From positions 1-61,677 of IMG/VR virus record IMGVR_UViG_3300038327_000229: a stretch of 61,677 nt of DNA. One strand, given 5' to 3'. The notes under the pieces are model-generated. The model was not told where the DNA came from. It did not search any database and saw only the letters and a program-made list of their open reading frames with translations. The translations under genes were made by a program, and so were the position numbers. The DNA is from a virus. Its lineage: Duplodnaviria; Caudoviricetes. Positions 27,468-36,900 of this stretch are shown piece after piece. How positions within the stretch are numbered: the first letter of the stretch is position 1; every line of letters starts with the position of its first letter.

Positions 27468-28626
27468 AAATGATAAGTCCGGCGATCCTATCCTTGAGGA
27501 TTTTGACGAACTAACACTACAGTATTTTAATACTTCCCCTATAGCAAGAAATATAATACTTGGTATTACTGAGAAAGAAGATTTCCTTAGACCGCCTAGG
27601 TCTATGGCTGACAGATCTGCAAATGTGCAAGATATATATGATATGATAGATAAATTGCTGCCTAAATATCAAATGTATTTTACTGTTTCTAAGAAAAATC
27701 CATTTTTAATTGTATTCCCATTCATGATAGTAGAGCCTAAATTTGGGGATAAGATACGAAATATAAATACATCAGAAATATACACAGTTAAATATGTACC
27801 CAAAACGCCAGACAATAGGTTCTATGGAGCAGTCCTTCTCGAGACAGGGATTACTGGGCCAATAGATGGTAATAGGCTAGAGTTTATTAATCCAGATGGA
27901 ATAGGAGCAGAATCTGCTAAACTTGTAAGATTCCTGCATGCTTACCCAGATACGCCTGGCACAGACATGTCAGATAGCTCGGGAGACATAGGGGTCTCTC
28001 AGGCTGAGCCGTTTACTCCAACGATATCGGTAGAGCTCATGCGGCAAGAGCCCGGGACTGTAGGCAAGAGACCGTTTGACATGATGAAAGAAATCAAGCC
28101 TAGGATTAGAGAAATCTATAAGCATCCCGACGACCCACAAAACTACTCGATCCAGGTACGTGGACAATGGTACGATAATATATTAAGATTTACTTGTTAC
28201 AGTAGCACTCATTTTGGTGCCGAAAAGTTAATAAGTTGGTTTAACAGTTTCTTGTATAAGTATGCTTGGGTCTTAAAAAAGAATGGTGTCCAAGAGTTAC
28301 TATATTGGCAGAGGCGAGCAGATCAAAAGATTAAGGTGTGGCGAGACGACATAGTAGGATACACCGTAGAGTGGTACTTCAGAACCGAAGAACATACAGT
28401 AGAAGTCATTCATAATGTAACTTCTATAAATTTGTCGAGTAGAACAGCTTGGAGCGACAGTGCAGTTAGCCCGCCCACTGGCCAAAGTCCCCTATCCGCA
28501 GGTGCGGTAATGGGGCCATTCGGAGATAGGTTCGCAACAATTTTTGATGCATTTCATGACACAAGTGGAAATTACTTGTATGGAGACTACAGCGCAGTAG
28601 ACCAGAGATTCACAGATTCAGGTTAA
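27457..28626 (+). CDS. Neck/tail-completion (terminator-like) protein
   Basis: Likely start ATG 27457; GQWYDNILRFTCYSSTHFGAEKLISWF; directly upstream of sheath. Confidence 0.5.
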   Translation: MSIRNDKSGDPILEDFDELTLQYFNTSPIARNIILGITEKEDFLRPPRSMADRSANVQDIYDMIDKLLPKYQMYFTVSKKNPFLIVFPFMIVEPKFGDKIRNINTSEIYTVKYVPKTPDNRFYGAVLLETGITGPIDGNRLEFINPDGIGAESAKLVRFLHAYPDTPGTDMSDSSGDIGVSQAEPFTPTISVELMRQEPGTVGKRPFDMMKEIKPRIREIYKHPDDPQNYSIQVRGQWYDNILRFTCYSSTHFGAEKLISWFNSFLYKYAWVLKKNGVQELLYWQRRADQKIKVWRDDIVGYTVEWYFRTEEHTVEVIHNVTSINLSSRTAWSDSAVSPPTGQSPLSAGAVMGPFGDRFATIFDAFHDTSGNYLYGDYSAVDQRFTDSG

Positions 28627-28641
28627 TGGAGGTAAGAAAAA

Positions 28642-30192
28642 ATGGTAAGTGGAATTACTAATAGTGACAGTCTACCAACTGTCAACGTTACTATCAATGA
28701 TTTTGGACTCAGGATTGCCCCGCCTAGTCCTGGACCCAAGTTAACTATCATTGGTGGTTTTAAAGATACTGGCGGATTAATCCCAATGAACGAGCCATTG
28801 CTGATAGATAATATCGGTGTGGCTATGCGTAGTTTGAGGAATTCAGATGGTTCACCATCTGAACTCACTCTTGCGATAGAAGAGGCAATGGGTGCGGGCA
28901 CCAATAGCATTGAAGTAGTAGTAACCGACACCAGTACTGCCACACCATTCAGTGGGGCTGTTAGCGGCACTTACGCCACAGATCTATATAATGCGCTCGC
29001 AACTACTTACAGTAAGCTCCAGCATCATGAAGTAGATATCGTGTATGTCGCAGGAGCATATGCGGACGGATGTTTCACCGGTAATGCAACTAGTACTGGT
29101 GGAGATTTACTTGGTTCGACCACTAGCTTTGTTGCTCAACTCGGAGAGTTTTGCTATCAGCAGACCAAAGAAAGCAATAGCGCATTTGGTGTCATTGGTG
29201 TTACTCCAATAGGACATGTGGCCAAACAGCTCGAATGGAAAGACGCCAGCGCTACCGCTGTCTCAGACTTCACTTCAACTGCAGGTGCCTGGTTCATGAC
29301 GCCTAGTCTTACTCTTGTTAATGAATATGTAAAATATCTTACACATGAGACTGGAGACTTTGCTACATACAGTGGTGTTGCTGAGAGCTACCGTGGTGCA
29401 CCATTCGCTTCCTCTGCCTGGAATGACTATCTCAAAGGATCTGCAGTGAACACTACTGATCCGGCTTTGCCTGATAATAGCTATATCGATCTCATGCGTC
29501 CAAATAACACCGATGGCACCCCTGCTACTGACAACGATGGAAACAAAGTAGATGCTGGTGCATATATCAGTGTGATCGGAGGCGTAGCCAGAGCATTTGG
29601 CGCTGAGGCGAAGAGGTTTGCTGTAGCAAAAGGCGCTGGTACGGTTTCCTATGTAAACAGTAATGGTGCTGCTGCATACGCTGGAATGCTTACTACAACT
29701 CCATCCTACATAGGTGTAACGAATAGATCCCTACCTCCTCTTGCGCAAGCAAGAAGCATTAGTGGGGCTCAAGCCAAGACGCTGCTTCAACATAGGATAG
29801 TCGCGTTACTGCAAAAAACAGGTGGCTATGTAATTACTTCTGGAATAACTGGAGCATTTAATGCTGGAGTCAACTCAAGATCCGATTATACTAGGGTAAC
29901 TACGATAAGAACGACTCAAGCAATGGCCGAAGTAGTGAGGGATGCGGGTGAGGCATTTATTGGTAAACCAATTAGTGGTCCGTTCCTCGCGGCATTAGAA
30001 AGTGCAATAGATACAAATCTTCAAAGAGCGCTAAAGAGAGGTGCGGTAAGGTCTTACGATTTCGCGATATCATCTACTCCAGACCAGCAGGTTCTAGGGG
30101 AAGTGACAATTGACTTGAGTATGGTACCTGCATTCGAATTGGTCACGATTAATACAACGATATCTCTGGCTAAGGGAGAGGGGTTAGGATAA
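28642..30192 (+). CDS. Tail sheath protein
   Basis: SD ggagg; LPTVNVTIND at the N-terminus; sheath C-domain SDYTRVTTIRT..AFIGKP..GEVTIDLSMVPAFELVTINTTISL. Confidence 0.9.
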   Translation: MVSGITNSDSLPTVNVTINDFGLRIAPPSPGPKLTIIGGFKDTGGLIPMNEPLLIDNIGVAMRSLRNSDGSPSELTLAIEEAMGAGTNSIEVVVTDTSTATPFSGAVSGTYATDLYNALATTYSKLQHHEVDIVYVAGAYADGCFTGNATSTGGDLLGSTTSFVAQLGEFCYQQTKESNSAFGVIGVTPIGHVAKQLEWKDASATAVSDFTSTAGAWFMTPSLTLVNEYVKYLTHETGDFATYSGVAESYRGAPFASSAWNDYLKGSAVNTTDPALPDNSYIDLMRPNNTDGTPATDNDGNKVDAGAYISVIGGVARAFGAEAKRFAVAKGAGTVSYVNSNGAAAYAGMLTTTPSYIGVTNRSLPPLAQARSISGAQAKTLLQHRIVALLQKTGGYVITSGITGAFNAGVNSRSDYTRVTTIRTTQAMAEVVRDAGEAFIGKPISGPFLAALESAIDTNLQRALKRGAVRSYDFAISSTPDQQVLGEVTIDLSMVPAFELVTINTTISLAKGEGLG

Positions 30193-30845
30193 TGAATAAT
30201 GGATCAGCAGTAACACAAACATACAATTCATTCAGTGGTGTTGACATGATTGTCACATTCGGAAATGTAACTGTAGGAGAAGTTCAAGGAGTTTCCTATA
30301 CGGTTACAAGAGAGAAAGCGCCGCTTTATACAATGGGCTCTGCAAACCCACGTTCTTTCTCTAGGGGCAAGCGAGGAATCGCAGGGTCATTAATCTTCTT
30401 AGTTTTTGATAGATCTGCTCTGTTGGATATTTCCCAAAAGGTTGACCTTAAAGATAATAATGGTAAGGTCATACTAAAAAAGACCGAATTGACTAAAGGT
30501 CAGATGGGCACCCTTGCTACTTCAACTGAGAAGAATAATGTGATAGACGCAGTAACTGGATCAAAATCAGAAACATCTCAGAATAGCCCAAAAGCAGTAT
30601 TGGATTTCATGGGATTGAAAAGGGTAGGCGCAACATATCATGACCAGTTGCCTCCATTCAATATAACCATATCCGCTGCTAATGAGTATGGGCATGTAGC
30701 TAGGATGCAAATTAAGAATGTTGAAATAATGAATGCAGGTAGCGGTATGTCTATTGATGACATAACTACAGATGAAAGCTGTACATTCGTTGCTACGGAA
30801 GTTGATCCTTGGTTTGCGCAGGGGCCCATTGGAGCACTCCTTTAA
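30192..30845 (+). CDS. Tail tube protein
   Basis: Coupled to sheath (TAATG); SFSGVDM..GEVQGVSYTVTREKAPLYTMG..SFSRGKRGIAGSLIF..DQLPPFNITI..GMSIDD. Confidence 0.8.
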   Translation: MNNGSAVTQTYNSFSGVDMIVTFGNVTVGEVQGVSYTVTREKAPLYTMGSANPRSFSRGKRGIAGSLIFLVFDRSALLDISQKVDLKDNNGKVILKKTELTKGQMGTLATSTEKNNVIDAVTGSKSETSQNSPKAVLDFMGLKRVGATYHDQLPPFNITISAANEYGHVARMQIKNVEIMNAGSGMSIDDITTDESCTFVATEVDPWFAQGPIGALL

Positions 30846-30882
30846 TAAATAGTCTCACTTAATACTTAGAATTGAGAGGTGG

Positions 30883-30911
30883 GGGAGAGATTGGTCTATT
30901 CAATCTCTCCC
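30883..30911 (+). terminator. Hairpin after the tail tube gene
   Basis: 11-bp stem gggagagattg / caatctctccc with 7-nt loop; possible outer stem agaatt (30868-73) / aattct (30913-18). Confidence 0.6.
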
Positions 30912-30919
30912 TAATTCTT

Positions 30920-32035
30920 ATGCCAAATGAACCAGCCTGGGACCTACTTGAAGACTGTCACTCATTTCCTAGATGCCGAACTGGCTGGAGTATATCTCCT
31001 GCTGTAGACTATGCAAAGGATATTTATTCACGCCTAGGGGTGATGCGCGACAGTGCGCACAGCGCGATTGGTTCTGCTAATGAATTAAGTCAGATACGTG
31101 ATGGGAAAGATTACCTTGGAAATAGCAGCGCTCCTGAAACATTCTCATATGCCGGATCTGATATCCTATGTACGATGTATGTACCAAGCCACACTTCTGA
31201 GAGTTCAACGGATCCAGGCTTCATAGAAGTTGAAGATCAACTACAGACAATAACAGTTTCTTCTGCAAGAAGCGTTATGCCAGTGAGAAGATTGGGAGAG
31301 ACTAATCCAGCCGCTTACGCTCGTGGATCTAGGACAATAGCTGGATCAATGGTATTTACAACGGGGCTTAAGGATGCATTTGTAAAAATGCTAGCTAAGT
31401 CTTTCAAGGATGGAGAGCCGAGGAACGAGGCTACTCTGTTCGTAGATCAGATACCTAAGTTTAGTATGATATTTGATTGCCATAACGAGCTAGGAGGCGC
31501 GTCAAGTGCAATGCTGGTAAATATTACGTTGACTAATTTTGGTACTACATTTTCCGTAGACGATATCTATACAGAGTCTACTTTTACATATGTAGCTGAG
31601 CAGTATTTCCCAATAACTAATCACGGAGATAGGAAATGGATATCGACCCGCCTATCTAAAATCGTGGGCCAAGTGTTCGAAGAGTCTATTGAATCGCTAA
31701 TGGCAGCGGGGAATAGCGCGCTGAATAGCGCGAGAGAGGAATATTCGAGGCGTCAATTCGACGTAGATAAGTATGACGCACTACATTCTCCTTATAGAGA
31801 GGAGATGGGGCGGGAGGGTGTAAGACAGCGAATAGCGCGGCTCGATTGGGAGGAAGCTTATAGGGAGGAACAGGAGGCAATGAGAGCCTTTCTGGGTGAG
31901 AGCCCCTCACGTCACGGTAGCATAGATCTCAGAGCCTATCAAAGAGACCTCGACAGACGTTGGAGAGGGCTTAGACGTCGGAGGGAACCTGAAGGGCCAC
32001 TGCGGCACTGGTTCCGTAGTTCATCCTACCGTTGA
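30920..32035 (+). CDS. Tail tube paralogue 2 with charged C-terminal extension
   Basis: SYAGSDI..LQTITVSSARSVMPVRRLG..YARGSRTIAGSMVF..DQIPKFSMI..FSVDD aligns by eye with the tube gene. Start uncertain; ATG 30920 is preferred over TTG 30872, which would read through the hairpin. Confidence 0.7.
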   Translation: MPNEPAWDLLEDCHSFPRCRTGWSISPAVDYAKDIYSRLGVMRDSAHSAIGSANELSQIRDGKDYLGNSSAPETFSYAGSDILCTMYVPSHTSESSTDPGFIEVEDQLQTITVSSARSVMPVRRLGETNPAAYARGSRTIAGSMVFTTGLKDAFVKMLAKSFKDGEPRNEATLFVDQIPKFSMIFDCHNELGGASSAMLVNITLTNFGTTFSVDDIYTESTFTYVAEQYFPITNHGDRKWISTRLSKIVGQVFEESIESLMAAGNSALNSAREEYSRRQFDVDKYDALHSPYREEMGREGVRQRIARLDWEEAYREEQEAMRAFLGESPSRHGSIDLRAYQRDLDRRWRGLRRRREPEGPLRHWFRSSSYR

Positions 32036-32121
32036 GTACTCTAAACATGCTACACAGGGAATCTGAGATACAAGGGCCATTCCGTTGGAATAATATGGCT
32101 TAGGGGCCAGCAGGAGAGTGA

Positions 32122-32820
32122 ATGTCAGACAGATACTACACTCCATGTAATGTCGGTATATATATCGGCGGATATAAATTATCCGATGCGTTTAGAGTTG
32201 ACTGGGATGCAAGAGATTCCAAAACACCCCTATACGGTTGGGCAGATGATACCTTTTCTGCAGTTACTAATGGTAGGAAGATAGTTAGTGGAAGACTAGT
32301 TGTAAACTATAAGCATGCAGGATATTTAGCTACTGCAATAGATCTGTTTAACCAAAACATTTATCCGCGAAGAGATGATAGAAAAGTAGTAGATGACTTA
32401 AAAAGATATATGGAGTTAGATACAACAGAGCGGGTAAAGTTTTTAGCGCACATCGCTTCTAAGAATTATGGAAATACCCAGCTATCTGATGCTGCGGGAG
32501 CAAGGGGAGGTTCTATTTCCAGCTTAGCAATAGAAGCATATAAGCAAGAAAGTACATTCGATATACTTATTTCGTATGGTGATATTACAATGGATTCTCA
32601 TATAGAAACTATTATTAAAAATGCATATATAGTTGGCCAATCTCAAGTTATATCTGCTTCTGCTACTGGTGGCGGAGACGTATCTTCTTCTGGGTCTCCT
32701 ATTTATGAGATATATAGCTTTTTTGCCAAAGAAATACTTGAAAATGGTGTTGGGCCACGTAGAATGGACAATGTTCCTCAAAGAGGAGATACACTGAGCA
32801 ATAGTGTCTCAGGTAATTAG
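32122..32820 (+). CDS. Tail tube paralogue 3
   Basis: SD aggag; DSKTPLYGW..AVTNGRKIVSGRLVVNY..FDILISYG..PIYEIYSFFAK mirrors the tube motifs. Confidence 0.6.
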   Translation: MSDRYYTPCNVGIYIGGYKLSDAFRVDWDARDSKTPLYGWADDTFSAVTNGRKIVSGRLVVNYKHAGYLATAIDLFNQNIYPRRDDRKVVDDLKRYMELDTTERVKFLAHIASKNYGNTQLSDAAGARGGSISSLAIEAYKQESTFDILISYGDITMDSHIETIIKNAYIVGQSQVISASATGGGDVSSSGSPIYEIYSFFAKEILENGVGPRRMDNVPQRGDTLSNSVSGN

Positions 32821-32834
32821 ATCAAGGAGAGACA

Positions 32835-33314
32835 TTGGAAACTGTAGCAGAGAAAAAGAGCAAAGCTGAACCCAAGCTCAAAAATATGGACGAGAAAATT
32901 CCAGGGTTAGATATCACATGGCAGCAAGCCAAAGATCTTGAGTGGGACGAAGAGTTTATCTCTGTCATACAAGCTGCCAAAAAGCAATTTAGCAATGTCA
33001 ATGTTCTTAATTGTGCCGATGAGTGGTTTATCATTAGGAGCTTGAACCGTCGAGAGTACCGTAGTCTAGTCCAGACGCAGGCCGAAGCTATGGCTAAGGA
33101 AGTAGATGCTGCAGCAGATTCGGCTAATCCTGAAGGGGTAAGAGCTACACTTAATATGATGAGTGAAGAAGCTATTGCTTCTCAGGGCACCGTTTATCCT
33201 CCACTGGAGTTGGATGATATAAGGAGTAGAGCTTCAGGTGTAGCTACTACACTTCATGATTCTATTCTTGCAATCTCGGGATATCAAAGTGCGCCTACTC
33301 CAATTAAGGTTTAG
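32835..33314 (+). CDS. Tail assembly chaperone 1 (putative)
   Basis: TTG start with SD aaggag; WFIIRSLNRREYRSL..GTVYP..GVATTLHDSILAISGY; between tube and tape-measure-like genes. Confidence 0.6.
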   Translation: METVAEKKSKAEPKLKNMDEKIPGLDITWQQAKDLEWDEEFISVIQAAKKQFSNVNVLNCADEWFIIRSLNRREYRSLVQTQAEAMAKEVDAAADSANPEGVRATLNMMSEEAIASQGTVYPPLELDDIRSRASGVATTLHDSILAISGYQSAPTPIKV

Positions 33315-33317
33315 GAT

Positions 33318-33989
33318 GTGTTTCTTGATCCACGACTTAAAACGAGGATACCTGAATTAAGGAGAATCCATAAAGAGATCTTTCTGATTGATCTCTCTAA
33401 TCAACCTGGCGAGTCTAAGGTGTCTAGCATATTGGTTAGACCCATGACTCGCCAGGAGTTTTTATTCCTACAGCAAGATGTCGAGCTAGAATGCGATCCC
33501 ACGGAACAAATACTCCAGTCCTGTATGATCTGGCCAGAGCTTGATTGGGTCGATACGGACAAAAATCCGCTATACGACCTACCATGCATGTGTCTTGAAA
33601 TGCTTAGTAAATGTATAATAGACGTATCAGGCTTTAGCTCCAACGAGGAGATAGCGAAGTACTTCAGTGATGCTAGAGTCGCAATTAATTCCCTAGACTC
33701 AGTAATGATGACTGTAATAACTAGGCATTTTCATGCGATCAAGCCATGTGAGCTAGAAGATATGACATTGTCTGAATTGACTAGACTCTTTGCTATTGCA
33801 GAAACTTCGCTAGAGCAACCAATAGATCTAAGAATGTTCTTAGATGACGAATATGCCGAAAAGCAAGTTGCTAAAGAGATGAGAAAACAGAGGAAGCAGA
33901 TAGGGAGAGTTCCAGGCAAGATGATGCCCGGATCCTATAGGGTACCACAGCCTCCTGAAGGTTGGAATTCAGCACAATCTATGGAGTAA
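33318..33989 (+). CDS. Tail assembly chaperone 2 (paralogue of chaperone 1)
   Basis: ILVRPMTRQEFLFL..CMIWP..CLEMLSKCIIDVSGF, plus an extra C-terminal ELEDMTLSELTRLFAIAE segment. Confidence 0.6.
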   Translation: MFLDPRLKTRIPELRRIHKEIFLIDLSNQPGESKVSSILVRPMTRQEFLFLQQDVELECDPTEQILQSCMIWPELDWVDTDKNPLYDLPCMCLEMLSKCIIDVSGFSSNEEIAKYFSDARVAINSLDSVMMTVITRHFHAIKPCELEDMTLSELTRLFAIAETSLEQPIDLRMFLDDEYAEKQVAKEMRKQRKQIGRVPGKMMPGSYRVPQPPEGWNSAQSME

Positions 33990-33992
33990 GTA

Positions 33993-36900
33993 ATGCCGTC
34001 AGAAAGAAATAGGTCCGATCTACCTAGAGAATATAGCTTCCATAGGGATCTTATTCAAGATTCAGACAGGCTCAGAGACAGAATCCCCGCATCAAGAGAC
34101 GATGAGCCTCTATTCAACGAAGAAAAAATATTAAGAGAAAACTACGCTACTAGCGATATGGTAGCAAAATTCGCGTTAGTGACTTCAGCTGCTAGTTTAC
34201 TGTCTAAACGCCCCCTCGGTAAGCTAGGCATGGAAATAGCGGGCAAGCTTACTAACATGCTGAACAAGGGACAGAGAACGGCCTCAAAAGCATATTCGAG
34301 ATATGCTGCTGAGGTCGGAGATGTAACTTCTCAGATTAATGCTAACGCATCTGACGCGCTAAGAATAGGCTCGGGCGACACACCACTGATAGCCCACCTA
34401 AAAATATTCGAAGATCTTGATACAAATCTAGATAATTTGAATAGACTAGATCTAGATGGGAGCCTATGGAAAGCCACGGGACCCGATGCAACTTTAAGCG
34501 ACAGTGCGAAACATATTGCGAATCAGATGCGAGACAGTCTGAGAGAGAGATATTCCAGGCAATTCAATTCCTCTGAGGGTATTGAAGATCTTACTGTAGA
34601 CAAACTTCTTGCGATGTCTACAGACAATATACAACGAGAGAAGATCGTAGATCTATTTGGTAAAAAGCAGATTGATCAATTAGAAGACATGAAGAGGATA
34701 GGACTACTCCACGGTGAGCAACGATTAGATGAAAGACTATTCCTTGACACGGCAGCTAAGGAGATAATAGATACAAGAGTACTAAGCGGCCAATATCTCG
34801 GTGGAATGATTGAAAGATCTCTTAGTCAATTCCAGCTCCCTTTCGTCAATTTAAAATTTACAGATATATTCGCTGCACCTATGAAACATCTTCTTGGTAA
34901 AGGTGAAGCTTCAGGCATAGTAAGAGCCCCTGACGCGGCTGAAACTACGGCCAGGAGACTAGTAATAGGTGAAGACCTGTTTAGGATTATTCCTAAAAAG
35001 GAGGCAGCAGATGGTGCTTTTGGATTAGAACATCTTGCTTCTGGTTACCGTGCTAGAAGCACAGATAAGATAGGTGAAGCAGTAATAGCCAGAAGAGGGC
35101 AGCTGCGTAGTCAGGTCAGACAAACACGAGAAGACATTGAGGCGACATCATCGAATCCTTTAGTCCATTTAGCTCATGCTGTTATGGAGGATGCCGGGAT
35201 TGGCAGGAGGTATGCCACACAAGAATCTTTGCTTTGGCAAGCTACAACGAATGTTGTAAAAAGGAGAACTCGCGGAACTCCTGTCCTAAAAGAGACTACT
35301 GAATTAGATGAAGTGACAGAAGAGATAGTAAGAAGAACAGGAACCTCTAAGGTTGATTATTCCGAATTGAATGCAGTAGAAAGATCGATACAGAGAGTCC
35401 AACGAGAGTCTAAGCCAGACATTGAACATGAAAAGCTTGGGTTTTTTCCCAAAAAACGAAGAGAAGTATTAGCTGCATTAGGTGATGAATCTAGGATACA
35501 GTATTTACAAAAAAATCGTCAAACCGGAAAAATGGAACCGGTTGTAAAGCCTGTCCGCGGTACGTCTGAAGCGGACTTTGGCTTACGCCAAGCATCTGTC
35601 ACTGAAAAAATAAAAAAGAATATAGTAGATGTTGCACCCGACCAATCCGAACATAAAAAATGGCTCCCAATGGAATCATTTACTTATGAGTCGGACCTAG
35701 GCAGCAGACTATTAGACACCGCTAACTTTATGACGACTCGCCTTAACGATCTTATCGGTGCTACGATGGGTATCGGATTTAGGCCTACTCCCGGGATGTA
35801 CGGTTTTGCAGGTAACACCACAAAGATATTTGGCATGGCTGCAGGAGGCGTTCTAGCCCTAGAGGGTCTCAAGTATGCTGACTATCTAACAGGAGTTCCT
35901 ACTGGCGGATATAAGGCGTCCAACCTGATTCTCGACACATATGGCGCAGCTAAGATATCGGCACAGTTCCTAAGAGAATTTACTGGTCTATCTCCTGCTG
36001 CCAGGTACATGGAAGATCTTATGCCGGGCTCAATAGAGAGTTCTGCTTCTGATTTCGTAAGAACATTAGCTCCATTTATTATTGCACTGAAAACTGCTCC
36101 CACTAAAGCCAACATTTTACTAGCTACAGGTATCTCGGCTTTTGCTGGAGAAATGCCATTCCCCGGTATAACAGAAACTCCAGAAGAAACCATTGATATA
36201 CTATCAGGAGAACAGCAAGTTCCTATGAGATCTGGTAGATACTGGATGCTTGGTAAGCAGCCATTTGGTGGAGGTAGGGTTAGTTACTTCGCTCCGGGTA
36301 TGTTTGCTAGAATGCGATCCGAATATAAATATACCGATACGCTGTATGGCTCACAAGCAGAGTACTTTAAAAATGTAAGTTTTTTACCAACTCCGAGTAA
36401 CATGTTCAGAATACCTGAGCTAGTCGGAAATGTTCTTAGTCCAGTTACAAACTTACCTTTCGTAGGATCCCTAATAGAACATGCCCCCGTAATAGGGGCA
36501 ATGTTCGATCCTCAGGGAGCTGAGTTCTTAGCAGAAAAACATAGATTCGATAGACCGTATCCTACTGCATTTGGAATAGAGCAACTAGCCAATAGGACAA
36601 TAGGCAAGATGGGTGTTCCTGGAGGAAACTCTCCAGGAGTAAGATCGTACCAAACACCGGGTGAGTCTGTAATAGAAATGGGCATGGATCCATACCCAAC
36701 TCGATCCGAGATGTCATTCGCGGTAAAAAAGCCTACGTTGTCTAGCGGCCTAGCCCACATGAGCGAACTCTCTGGTATATACAAATTTGCGTTATGGGAC
36801 CTAGGACTCAAGACTAGCGCTCCGACTAGTCCCGAGTTAGCTGATCCTGGGTTCATGAGTTCCATAACAAGATCGTTCTATGATGAAAGCGTTGGTGGCC

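Noticed and set aside
30872-30919. Track start of the 387-aa ORF at TTG 30872
   Set aside because: This stretch is the post-tube hairpin; ATG 30920 or a later start is more plausible.
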